DNA of 64,000 nucleotides from Camelus dromedarius (Eukaryota). The stretch lies in assembly GCF_036321535.1 (NCBI RefSeq), contig NC_087436.1, positions 79,796,001 through 79,860,000 on the forward strand. The letters run 5' to 3'. Positions 11,131 through 23,816 of the stretch are shown here, one piece after another. Numbering within the stretch: the stretch's first letter is position 1; every line of letters begins with the position of its first letter. Below the pieces are notes generated by a model that saw nothing but the letters and a program-made list of their open reading frames with translations, was not told the DNA's origin and ran no database searches. The translations under genes were made by a program, and so were the position numbers.

Positions 11131-12334
11131 CAAGAGTCTTAAGTGACTGAGGGCTGCCTCCTGCACACAGCGAGGAGCTGTGAGTGGCAAAGGGGAGAAG
11201 TAGATGGAAGCCTCACTGACTGCTCATCTCTCTTCTTTTTTTGGCTCTAGCTTCTAAATGGGCTCCTATAAGGCATTTAACAGAGTGGTTGAGTTATTTG
11301 TCATATGATCCACATTAGCAGCTTTGTGACTGAAGCTCTGGGTCATGTGGTTGGAAGGTAGACTGTAATTCTCTCCCAAAGGCACAAAAGGTTCATGGCA
11401 ATAGCATAACTAAATGTTGTATCTTGATGACTGAAAACAAGCGTTGTAGCCAGGCAGTCGGGGCAGGGCTAAGTGCTGCCCTTGGGGAAAATTCTTGGTG
11501 CCCTTGGGGAGTAAATTTGGCCTCCTGAGCAGCAAGATTGTTTTCATGCCCTGGCCAGGGCTTCAGAGAAATCTGAATGGACCTCAGTAAGTCAATGTGT
11601 GTCTCCAAGAGACTCAAAGCACAGCATCTGAAACAATGCAAGCGACGGAGCTACATCCTTTAAACGTGCACCTGTATTACTTCCTCATATGTTTGAATTT
11701 GGATGATCAGACATGGTCTGTTAGAGGTTCCTAAGTAATTTATTATTTTTCAAAGTGTGGGATTTGTAAGAAATTTACTAACTACATTTAATGTTACCCA
11801 CATACTTAAAAAAAAAGTGGTATATTTTTAAAATAGACCTGAGCTGTTGTAATGTAGCCTAATATTTTTTCAGTAGTGATCCAAAATGAATCAGCAGGGC
11901 TTATATATGATGGTAAATGCTAACTCATTAATATGGCCTCCATTAAGTCTCACCCCACTTTCCTCTTAGGAATTACTTAGCAGTTTAGAGTATTTTGTGT
12001 GCATGGATGATGACATTTGACTAGACTTGATAAAATATGATCTGCTAGCTAGTTATGTACACACCTGGACTGGAAATATAGACGTATGGTAGTGGAGTAA
12101 TGTGGCATTGACAGATGCTAGCTTGCTGAGAGGTCTGGTCAGCCTGAGGTCTTATGAACATCATTGCTATTTTCCACTATTGATCATCACTCAGCTGAAC
12201 ATTTCTGAGTATCTTTTGTGTTTTGTCTCCCAATTATGGTTCATGCAAGCTAATTATAGCAAAATTATAACGAGGATTTACAAGGGGAAATAAGGTTTGA
12301 AATACCCCAGATCAAAACAAAGAAGAGATTACTC

Positions 12335-12520
12335 ATTCTGGGTTTGAATCCTGCTATTAACTGATGGGTTAATTTATTTACCTCTTTAAAGCCAAGATTT
12401 TACACATTAATAAAATGGAAATAAGTCCTGTAAACATTATAGGATGATTTTGTGGATTAAGAACAGAAATACATGTAAAGTATTTAGCGCATACTAAGTG
12501 CTCAGAGCTTGTTAGCTTTC
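12335..12520 (+). mobile_element. MIR SINE
   Basis: 'ctgggtttgaatcctg..taaaatggaaataa..ggattaa..atacatgtaaagtatttagc..taagtgctca..gttagct'. Confidence 0.7.
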
Positions 12521-13414
12521 TCTTCTTCCTACCCCCACTTGTTCAAAGAATCTTTGAGAACATTTTTCATGTCAATCTCTACTTTAAAATGTTCCATTTT
12601 AAAATCTTAAATTGAAAAGAAAAAGAAGTCTCAGGATAAATGAGTTGTGTCAGATATTTCTTATGCATGTGATTTAAATGGAAAATTACTGGGATATTGC
12701 CAGTCTTCTGAAATATCTCAAATTTCTCACCTGGGAAAAATGGAGGTTATGTAAAGAAATGATTCAAACTGTATCTAAAAGCAGAATGACCAAAAGCTCC
12801 AACTGATTATTAGTGCAAAGCCAACTCAGAGCCTCTCTGGTGACACAAGGAACTGCAGCAGGTCTCAGTGGCTATGGGTTCAGCAGAATTGTTTCTGAGT
12901 CTTTCTGATCTTCACCATGTTTTTCAGTCCCCATCTTCTGACTTATGACTATGGACCTAGTCCCTTCTTGGTTTTGAGTCTGTATTTCTGCTCACAAATT
13001 GAAGTCGAATATTCTTCCATTGCATTGCGGATCAAGTAAAATTCTCAAGCTTTTATCACATCTACTTCTATTCTTTTTTTGTGATTAATTTGTAGCGTGT
13101 AAAAGGTAATGTTTATTTTCCCCAAATACATTTTATGTTGATTTCAGCTTATCTTTCCAGTACAGTAACATCTTTTTAGATATTTATTGTATCATATACA
13201 GAATTGTTTATCTTCCTAGCTCAGTGTTCTTCAGTCACTAATAGAACATGACACACAATAGCAGTAGCATCCATTCTGATTTCAATCTTGAAATCCACAA
13301 CTTTGGTCACGGGTGGAATAAAGACCTGCTTGCACTAGCATCTAGCTCACATTTCTCAATACTGTTGCTACTCCTACTGTTACGATTACTACTACTAGTA
13401 CTGTGCTGAATACT

Positions 13415-13645
13415 TTCCAGCTGTCCCTGCACACCTTACCCTTCTCCACCCTATTTTGTGTACTGGGACGCTGGCCTGTATGGACCCCATTCATGGGCTC
13501 CTGAGCTCTCTGGCCTCTCATTGGGCTCACCCATGGGATGCTGGCTGGAGATAGGAAGGAGGAAGAGGGGTAAAGTCAGGGGATATTTTTCTCCTGGCTC
13601 CCTCCCTGCTGACTTCCTATGGATTGGCTGCCTCTCCTGAGTACA
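13415..13645 (-). mobile_element. LTR33-like ERVL LTR fragment
   Basis: 'ctctctggcctctcattgggctcacccatgggatgctggctggagataggaaggagg..gtcaggggatattt..ggctccctccctgc'. Confidence 0.7.
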
Positions 13646-14149
13646 GTCTATGGCTCCCTTAGGGAGACTTTATGCATGTCATGATTATCACACATTTTGT
13701 GACAAAATGGACAGTTACCTTAAATATACAGCTATTATAGTAATATCAATTTATGTCTATTGCAAATTACTGTTATAGATTTGCTGACTTATACATACGC
13801 AATACATAAAAACATGCATAAAATTTTATCATCTTTGGATCACTGTATTTGATGACACTGTGTTGTTGGGTTTTAGTGATAGTTTGAATGCTGCTTGAAG
13901 CTTGACATATAACCCAAATGTCACAATTAAGTTATTAACTGGATAGGGAAAAACTCATACTTAGCACTTACATGTTGCTTTTCATCATTAATGTGTATGA
14001 CAAATAGGAGTTAATCAATAGCATAGCAGTGTATTCAGTAATGATCTTTTACTGTTGCTTGGTTCATTTCAGTTCAGAGGCCTTTTACTAGTAAGCCCAT
14101 AAAACTGGTGACAACTTTCAAGTTAATAGACAAGATTTATTTGAGCATG

Positions 14150-14302
14150 TCTTTCTGCATCTCCTGTCTCTTCAATTGCTTGGCTTCCCACTGGATGGTG
14201 AAACCCTAAGGGCAGAGATTGTCTTTTATCTCTATATCCCCAGTGCCTAGTATAGGACCTGACACCTGACACATTCCAAAAAGTACTTGTAGAATGAATG
14301 GA
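14150..14302 (+). mobile_element. L2 3' end
   Basis: 'agggcagagattgtctttt..tatatccccagtgcctag..cttgtagaatgaatgga'. Confidence 0.75.
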
Positions 14303-15019
14303 CAATATAGCAAAACATTGAGGTGATCATTGATGTTGTTTCTGAAACCATTGTAAAAAGTGTCTGGTAGCGGGGAGGAGGGTGCCAACAATTTAATGTT
14401 AGATGTTTTCAATTGAAAACAAGAGCCATGGTTTGAAACTTTCTAAAACTCATGCCAGTATTTATTCAAAGCTACAAAACAGTGTGTACCAAAGAAATGG
14501 ACACATCCTACCATTTTAAGGGATACTGAAGACTATTCCTCTCCACCCACCACTGGCAGCAGTCTTTGCTCCATGTAGCTCTATTAAATGCATGGAGGTC
14601 ATGCTGCTAAAGCAGATCTTGGAGATTTTCACCAGCAATGTGTGGAGCTTCCATCACTCTTCTCTTGGTGCTTTGGATGTTGGGAAGTGTGTTGCATCTG
14701 CCCTGACTTTTGAAGAGAGTTCCTGTAGCTTTCCAAGGGGGCCACCAATTCAAGGCAGTGGTAATGAGCAGCCTTGACAAGCAAGGTCTGAAATGCTAGG
14801 CATCTTCATCACTGCTTGTCAACACCCACATTAGAGAACAGGAGAGATGTTTTGTAATGAAGAAAAAGAAGACAGGCAGAGGATAAATTCTATGTGGAAA
14901 ATAAATAATTGCTCAGCTCTGTGTTTAAAAAAAAAAAGACATTTCAGCTCTATGTGTCAACACGCATGAAAAGGATAACTGGAAACAAGTCAAGTTAGTG
15001 TTAAATCAGGGTTAAGAAA

Positions 15020-15110
15020 CGATCTTTGAGACAATTCAGTCTGACCCCCTCATTTTATAGATGAGGAAATTCTGACTTCCAAAGTATAAAATGACTTTCT
15101 CAAAGCCAGG
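15020..15110 (-). mobile_element. MIR/MIR3 fragment
   Basis: 'cccctcattttatagatgaggaaa' core motif. Confidence 0.6.
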
Positions 15111-15371
15111 GTTGTTTTTACTGTTTTCCTCAGTACCATATTCATTTCCACAGCACTCAGTACTCAATGCTCTATTTAAATTTTATTGGTAATTCAAGAA
15201 TCTAAACTGAATTATGGACATAATTCTCCCAAACATTTAGTGAGAGTTGATTTTGTATTAAATATGGGTCATGTGCAGATAAAACATTTCTACACTTAAC
15301 TAGCTCTAGTGATTGATCTATACTTATTCTTGTGATAAAAGGCAAAAATGAAGCTTCTTCAGTTTAAATTC

Positions 15372-15492
15372 TTTTTATTTATTTATCGAAGTATCATTGA
15401 CTTACAGTATTATATTACTTTCAGATGTACAACATAATGATTTGATATTTTTAGAGGTTACACTTCATATAAAGTTATTATAAAATTTGGGT
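15372..15492 (-). mobile_element. Short 5'-truncated L1 3' end
   Basis: T-rich tail, then 'gaagtatcattgacttacagtattatattactttcagatgtacaacataatgatttgatattt'. Possible degenerate TSD tcagtttaaattct / tcagaattaattct. Confidence 0.75.
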
Positions 15493-16289
15493 TACTCAGA
15501 ATTAATTCTAATTTAGAAGTAACTCAGACTCTAAGAAGTAACTAGACTCAGATTAAAAAAAAATAACTTAAAATAGTTCCTCCCTTACATGACAGGTAAT
15601 GTCAATTTGGTTTAAAATAAATAGCTTTAAAAAGAATCAAAGATTCTAGTATTAAGAATTCTATCAACTTGGCTTCAACTACTTGTAATTTGTTCTTCTA
15701 TTACTATGCTCTCATTTTATGGGACATTTTATTCTCATAGACACCTATTTTAATTTTTGTTCAGTAATAAGTGTAACGAGATTGTGAAGCTGATGTGCTA
15801 CAGGAAGAGGTGGAGCTGGAAGACTTAGAGGCGGAGCAATCCTTGGAACAACTTTTTAAGAGTAGTAAGTGATCTCATCTAAACTATACGGAACACTTTC
15901 CTCCACCAGCACTGGAGAGGGTTTCAGAGAAGTGTTTTTCTGGAGTGGAAAAAAAACATGGACAGGAGACAGGGCAGCTAAATGCTGCACGTACTTTTTG
16001 GAAGATTGTAAGGGACAGCTTCCATGAAGGTGGACTCAGAACCAGTTGGCAGGAGATGACCATTTGATCAGGCATTACTCAGGAGGAATGCCAGGCCACT
16101 CCCAAGGTACAGAGTTCAGCAGAGCCTTGAAAGAGCTGGGGCAGGGGGGCATCTCATCACCTAGCTAACCCCTGGGGGAAAAGATCCACATTCAAATAGT
16201 TGGAATTTGAATTGTGAGGAGGTAGTGGCAAGTAATTAGGGTAGAGAGTTAAATAGGGTCCGGTATATAGAAGATGCTCAATTAACAAT

Positions 16290-16480
16290 GAATGAATGAC
16301 TGGCCTATGAGTCAGAATAAGTAGTTTGAATTTTGTCTGAGGCCAACAGATTTCCAGCAGATGATAAGATCAAATTTGCACTTTAGAAAGATTTGCACTG
16401 TGGAGAATGGATTCAAGTTGGAGATAGGGAGTCCAGTTAGGAGGCTTTGGCTGGTGGTCTGAGTAAAGGTAGTGGCTACT
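16290..16480 (-). mobile_element. L2 fragment
   Basis: 'gatcaaatttgcactttagaaagat..tgtggagaatggatt..ccagttaggaggct'. Confidence 0.65.
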
Positions 16481-17149
16481 CAATTAATTTTTGGAATATT
16501 GAATAGTTAACATTTTCTATTAATTAAAATAGTTCATATAACTATGTGATAATAATTTGCACCATGTGTCTCAGATAAACTGAGAAGTGCTTTTACCATG
16601 CTACCTAGAATATAATGAAATTAAGGATTTCAGGAAAACACAGTAAGAGCTCATTTGTCTAATGCAGTTGGAACCATTACGAAAAGTTGAATAAAGCAGG
16701 ACATGATTAAAACATGACACACACGTCTTAAATGTTTTACCTGACCTAAAAATGTAAGTACACTTTCATTTACCAATTTTTCAGTCCGGAGCCAGAAGCC
16801 TTTTCATGGAGCATGGATCTCATTAGAGTTACCTGTCGTCCTTTTCTGCATACATCAAACACATAATACATTTTTATAATATCCATCTTCATTTTGGCTC
16901 GAGTAGACTCTGGTGAAGCAATTTGAAAAATTTTACAGTTGTTTTTTCCCCAAACTTCTATAGTTGTTTTACCCACATCAAATTTGATAGCAATATTTTG
17001 TTAGCTATCACTGTAAGGTTTTGTAAAGCAGTCACTTTATTTTTTACAGCCTATTGGACACCTCACTTCATCTCGGTCCACCTCTCATTGCAGCTATTAT
17101 CACAGCCACAGCGTTTGGCAGGTATAAACTGACAGTGCTCAGTCTCAGC

Positions 17150-17525
17150 TGTACGGTTGACCAGGGCTTTCTAATGCCACAGCATGAGATGCTTTCGGTG
17201 TGCCTTAGGGAAACTCCCCAAGCACAGGTTTCAGCAACCTCACAACACATGGGTGCAGCCACCTCATGCGTGTGCCAGGGAGTTATGCCCCAAGGGAAAC
17301 CTTTGATCAATGGGGGATGGGACCTGTAGATACATTCGACATGGCTCCTCAGAGGACCTGGGGGGATTCTGCCCCAGCTGCCAACAACTGTAACCTGCTC
17401 GGTAACACACTGTTATCTTGGCTTTCTGATCTTTCTGGTTCTCCAGTCTTGGGATCACAGTAACTGCCTGCACATAGAGCCTTGTCTTAGGCTTGACTTT
17501 CTGGGAGGCAGGTCAAACTAAGACA
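17150..17525 (+). mobile_element. LTR16-family ERVL solo LTR
   Basis: 'ggagttatgcccc..aacctttgatcaatgggggatggga', 'tgggatcac' and the terminus 'aaactaagaca'. Confidence 0.75.
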
Positions 17526-18444
17526 TAGAAGCCACACCTCAAACTCACATTATTCAACTAAACGTTTAATTGTATTACATCTTTATAACAAGTGCAACTG
17601 GTATAAACAGGTTTGGGAACAGACCTAACTAACTGCCCTTGTTAACATCCGCTGCAATTATCGGGAACTGGAGTGTGCCAGCCTGCAGCCATCAGCACGC
17701 CCTACTTTACATGCAAAGTCTGCTTTACCGCGGGAGGAGAGGGTATCGGCCAATCTGATGATTTCGTTAGGTGGAGGTCGGGTAAGACGTCTTCTAAGGA
17801 ACGTCGTTCTGTAATTCATCAGAATTTATGAGATACCTTTGCTAGCCCAGGGCAAGAGTGTGAAGAAGATGAAGATTGTCTTTGGAGGTTTTAATCTACT
17901 CTTTCTGTGCTTTATCTTTCTCAGAACTATTCTCTGCATGCTTTGTTTTATCAACACTGGTTCTCAGAAAATTCCAATGCTCATTTACTCTAAGGAGTAA
18001 ATTACTAACAATGCTTGTTATGTGGCCATCTCTCCCCCACCCTCCAGCACCTTCAGGAATGGTAGCATTTTTGCATAAAAATATTATACCACTAACTATT
18101 CACATTTAAGATAATAATAAATGAACCCAAAGAAGAGGTATGTTTTGAGGTTGGGAGGGGGTAAAGGTAGGGAGAAAAGTTTTTGATGTCTTTAGAAATC
18201 TAGGTGCTCATTTATGCTTATTGAACTTATAAAGCTTGCTCAAGTGGATTTCCCTATCAATTATTGTTTGCCTGCTTCACAATTTTTTTTACAAAGAGAT
18301 CTTTGCTTGGAAATTGTTCTTATATCCTTCATTAGATAAAAATCTCTAGCGGCTCCTTCTTTTTTTAGTCCTCTATCTCAGAACTGATTGAAGTAATAAG
18401 TAAATTTGATTTGGAAATTTCCAAAAAAAGAGAAAATGCTTGTA

Positions 18445-18600
18445 TTATGAGTATTACATGCCAGACACTATGAATTCTCACAAGCAACCTCTGAGTACTA
18501 TTTTAATCACTTCATAGTCGGGGAAACTGAGGCACAGAGACGTTAAGATACTTGTCCAAAATCACAGTAAATGTCAGAGCTGGCAATGGCCCTAGTTTCA
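18445..18600 (-). mobile_element. MIR SINE
   Basis: 'ggggaaactgaggcacagagacgttaagatacttgtccaaaatcacag'. Confidence 0.8.
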
Positions 18601-21269
18601 GTTAAAAACAAACAAAAAAGATTAAAATGTAAATACAAAGCAAAAATCTTGGTAGAAGTCCTGGGATTGTTACATTTTAAGATAACTTTAGGATCATATT
18701 TGGAGGAAGTCCTACTGCCGAACAGACTCAGCTTTGGGGCTGAGTGGGGCTTCTTGTTCTCAGAGCAGACTCATCTCCAGAGCAAACCCCAAGAATGACT
18801 GTATCAGAGAACATGTTCTCAGGAAAGCCAGTTCTGAGGGCTTCCAACAGAAATACGTTAATTAGTAATTTTCCGATGTCATCTGTAGATGCCAGGCATC
18901 ATTTTCCTTCTGCAGCCTTATTCAGGCAATCAGTAGAGCTCACATTTTACAGATTACAGTCATTCCAAAAGGCGCAACTCTGTGATATGTTCTGTAATTC
19001 TAACTTTTACTTTGCAGTGATGCTTTCTGCTCCCTCTGTCATTGTCAATAGTGTTCAGCTTTATTTATTTTGATCTGTTTTCTATTAAACACTCTATGTA
19101 ATAGAAACGTATGCACCATTTTTTCCCCCTTTGGAGTTTTCGAATCGTGGAAATTCTGTAGTGACAAGTTTTGGCATTGATTTTTAGCATAGTCTATTCC
19201 CTGAGGATTACAGAAGATTCATTTTATAGGAGGATTAACAAACACTGCATTCACAATGACATGATAGGTTGATTTTTTTTTTGCTTCATTTAATTTCCAT
19301 GTTTTTTTTTAAAGTTAGTGTAAAAATGTTGAAGTCCTGACTTATTTATGCCAACATCTTTGCAACAGAGTGTTCCTAGAGCTTTTATTATATTTCTTGC
19401 TAAATCTGATAGAGCAGATATAATTGCCATCAACACTATAAATTTCAAGCTAGATTTTCTACCACATTGGCAGAAAAATTATCTTCACCAAGTTTTACAC
19501 AGACCACAATTTATTTAGGTTTTATAGTTGTTTCTGAGAAATCTTTATAGCATTCTGTTAATTAAAACTCACTCTGACATGTAGGCTCTAATAGTTAGGA
19601 AACCCTGAGATTTTATCTCACTTACACATTTACAGCTAACAATTATCCCTCTCCGAGGTAAGTTTTATCATGCCACAATGCATCTGGGCTGTCCTATACT
19701 TGTTTGAATTATATCATGGGACAGCAGCTGCTTTAAAGAGACCTTCAGTGAAGTATGCTCTCCTATGTGCCCTGTCTTTAGGAATTTTATTTTTCTGGTT
19801 GTTAGATACTCTAGGTCCTTTTCAGCTAAAAATGGATGATATTTTCAACTCATTTTTAATTCTTCCAGCTCCAATTTTGCAAATAGACATTATCCTTGTA
19901 AACTTGTTTATGCAGACTAAATGTAGGAAAGTTTTGCCTTAACTCCCTAAGTCCATAAAACATCAGCAGTGCATGCCTACCCTATATGATGATGTTAAGT
20001 TGATAAGAAATGACATCATGTCCCATTGACATGGTAACCAGTGTAATTGTACCTTATGTATGGTTTTCTTTGTATATGGTAGAGTTTATTAAAAAAAAAC
20101 TATGAATGAGGTAAGAGCGACTGAGCTAGTTAATAAAAGCAGTATCTTGTTAATTTATTGACTCTACAATGCTCATAAAAGTATGTTACATTCTTCTGAT
20201 CAGTAAGTATTTGAAACTTCTGTGCCCCCAAGAACTGGGGATTTAAAGATTAAAAAAACAGGGACCCTGTCTTCAAAAACCTCTCAGTCTGATCACACTC
20301 TTATGACCACTTTTATCTCCAGATGCTAAGGGTATCTTGTCTCCAGATAATCTTATTTGAAATTAAACTAGTAATTTTAAGCTAAAATTTGGTTTATTGG
20401 CTACTTGCTGATTAGTGATAGGATTGGCAATAAGCCATTTTGTGAATTATAGGCAATACTGCGTTTTGTTTAGAGGAAAGTTCTGAAAACTAGTAGTCAT
20501 TACTGGCCTGTAAATATTTTATTTGGCGTCTACAGTGGGGTTTTGGTTTGCCTCTTTGGTTGTCTGGAAATACTGTTGTTTGCCCTAACCTTTTCCTCAC
20601 ACACATGTGTGTAGGTCAATGTGGAACTTCCCACGGGACTCCTTCCCAGCTTCTGTACCTTTGAGAAGTCTCTCAGACCTCTCCTGATCTGACCCCGCCT
20701 TTGAAGACATGCTTCCAAGCACCAGTGAAGGGTGAAGGCCTTGAAGGGACTTTTCTTAGCAATCCTCTCCTGCCCCCCGTCTCAGGAGTTTGCCCCCTTC
20801 CAGTAGGGAAAGCCCTGCGTGCCTCAGAGGCCCTCCCTCACTTCTCCTGGTGCACCCCCGGCCTTCACTATACCACTAGCACGCATTTGGTGAAGGCACA
20901 GCTGGGGAGACGGGTGTAGACTTGTTCCATGGCTGGAGCTCCTCAGAAGACCATCTGTAACCCCAACCTACATGCAATTATTAAGTTCGTGACAAGTTTG
21001 GCTGTCTATAGCCAATCCTTCTTTTTCCTGCTGCTTTATCAAATACGAAAATATCTGTGTCTCTCTCTTGTCCTAGGAAAGGCACGTCATCTTATTTAGG
21101 TTTCATAGTGTTCTCAACTCCTGATGGTTTAAAAACAACAGCAACAGACCTATGATCGGGTAGCTTAGACATCTTGTTCTGGTTACTGGAGTAGGAACAA
21201 TGGTGTCCTGTGAATTTCTGATGTCCTAACCAGAAGTAGAAGTCATCTACAATGTCCAAAAAATTTAGA

Positions 21270-21480
21270 TTAATTACTGACACTAAAAATGTTGAGATTT
21301 ACATAACAATCTTATTTCTGGCTTCTCTTAAAAAATAAGATGCTCTGGCAAGTGTGGGCCTAAATTTTCTAGCCACTATGGCTGGAGCTGAGCAATGGCT
21401 GCCCCATTCACATGAAGGGGATGTGGCTTTTATCTATTCCTTTATAGGACCATGCTTCATAGTATTGTCTAATGCCTGGA
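21270..21480. mobile_element. MER102-like hAT-Charlie element
   Basis: 'gagatttacataacaatc..atttctggcttctcttaaaaaa..ctggcaa..gggcc..ggctggagctgagcaatggctgcccc'. Confidence 0.7.
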
Positions 21481-22029
21481 CAGGTAAAGAAGCAGAAAGA
21501 TACACTATAAATACTTTGTTTGGGTTCACATAGCATTTTAAATCAGGCCATTTAACAAGCCCTTAGTGAGGTTTCTCAATGTGACAATATTCTTGATCTT
21601 TTTCAAGAACAACGCATTTCTAAGTCCTTCTTGTGGGTTCATTAGTGTTAAAATCTATTTATGAAGGCAAACTTTGCCTTTCAAAGTAATTATACTTCAT
21701 TGAGTGAAAAGATTTGTTGAAATGTGTTATTTCCCCAGAGCTTATGAGATTCTCTAACAGACTTTTCTTTAAGTCTTTTGTTTAAAAGTGTGCATGTGCA
21801 TGTGTGTGTGAGTGTATTTCTTATCAATAAAGGGACTGATTGAGACTATTTTGGCCATTATTTGAAAAAGATATGATATGAGTAAGAGAAAAAATAAAAT
21901 ATATATTTAATAAAGTATCAGCAATACTTAAAACTTAATCAATAAAGAAATTGTACTGCCGGTTTAAAGACATTCACTTGCACTCTGTATCAAGGTCTAC
22001 CCTACCAAGAACAAAATTCCTAACTCCCT

Positions 22030-22250
22030 CCATTCTTTCCTTCATTCCTTGATTCCTTCCAATATTCATTTACTATATGCCAGGCACCTTGCTAGACACT
22101 GGGGAAGTAATGGAAAGCCAGTCAGACCTGGGTTTTACACTATGGATGCAAAATGGATTTAACCTTTGGGGATGCTAAATAATTACCCAAAATGTGTGTG
22201 GTTTTATAATATATAGTGTACTATGGAAGCATATTACATGGGTTTCACCA
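22030..22250 (-). mobile_element. L2 3' end
   Basis: 'cattc..tactatatgccaggcaccttgctagacactgggga'. Confidence 0.7.
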
Positions 22251-23730
22251 TTACTACCCTAGAAAATAGTGTGCCAAATTGGGAACTGTGTACAGGAGAA
22301 TAGGATGATCATGAGCATCCAAGGCTGGGAAATCATGAGCAAGCATGAGGGTTTAAACTTCCTGGGTACTTAGAGTTACCAAAACCATACACTGAGGGTC
22401 CATGGACTTCATTAGAGCAGGACAAGCTAGATGATGTTAAGGTTGAGTTATCACCTCCGGTAACTTTTGGTTTCCCACAATTTCTAATCATAGGTTGCCT
22501 TTTCCCATGCTCGTTATCCATCAGGTCACCCTTCCTCCAACCAGTTCCAGGGGTCACAAAGCCTATATACCTTTAATTTTTCTTTCTTAAAGCTATAACT
22601 ATGATGGTAGAGCATCTAGAAATTAATTTTAATTCATTTCATATCTAATTTGAAAATGCCTTTGAATTATTTTTTTTCCCTCACTCATTCCTTTTTAGGA
22701 AGAGTGCTGAATTGCGTAAATTTCATTGACCAAAATCTTTTAGAGTATTATGAGATGTGACAAAGTAATACAAAAATTTTTTTTAATGTTGCTATATATC
22801 CCCAATTTTTGTTCCTTTGGAAGTAGTTGCCTTGAGATTATTCCAGTGAATACACTCTTGGACTTCCTTTCCAAGCCTATCACACTTTCTCTTGAATATC
22901 CTGAGTGGTAGAATATTTTCACTTATGGAGGATAGATTTTCTTCTTGAAATCAGCCAAACATATTTAAAATTCAGTAAGGCAGGGTAATGATATTTAGGG
23001 GAATGAGGTTGTTGCTGTTCCAAAGCCATTAAAACTATAAAGCAAGTCTGTAGTAATCATCTCTGAAAAAGGAGCTCTAGAAATCATTTGGTACACAAGG
23101 ATATACATGAAAGTCCTTCTAAAATTATTATGTTGGAGGACAACAATCATTTGAATATATAATTTTTTTGTATATTTACTAAAAATCTGCCTTACCAGAG
23201 GGAATTATAATAAGGCTCAAAAATAATTAAAATTCCAAAAAGTATGCATAATTCAATAGTTTATTTGATAGCAAAATGTGGTATTATTCATGAGCAGTGG
23301 CTTGTAAAATAAATGACCTATATTTCTTTGTAGATTTTTGTATTTATAATGTTAAAAAACCTTATCTAGGTATGTTGCTTTTAGATTAAGAATGTGCTCT
23401 GATTTAGTTCTAAAATAATATGACACATTCTTGAGGTACTTATGACTAGCATTTTGAATTTTATATATAGAATACTTTATTTAAAAAAACACATATCATG
23501 ATTTTATATAAAATTTTGGAAGTAAGGCAGGGCACTAATGAACTATTAGTGAACTATTCAACCAACTTTGAATAGCTTGTCAGGCTGAACAATATTTAAT
23601 TTATTAGAAACAAATAAGAAAACAAAATGGAATTGGTCTTGGAACTAAAGAAACCTGCTTGAATCCTGCTTTACCACAAGTTAACTAATTATCCATGGCC
23701 TCAGACAACTTTCTGTTTTTGTTTTCCGTT

Positions 23731-23734
<4 letters not shown>

Positions 23735-23810
<76 letters not shown>
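23735..23810. repeat. Perfect (CA)38 microsatellite within a decayed MIR (about 23620-23890)
   Basis: Uninterrupted CA run counted from the sequence, with MIR-like flanks. Confidence 0.95.

Positions 23811-23816
<6 letters not shown>

Noticed and set aside
13670..13930. Possible DNA-transposon internal fragment
   Set aside because: The composition is suggestive, but I could not match termini or a family with any confidence.
15514..15551. Short tandem duplication (agaagtaact(c)agactc x2); similar 12-bp duplication at about 57431-57454
   Set aside because: Ordinary slippage duplications with only two units, not CRISPR-like or functional arrays.
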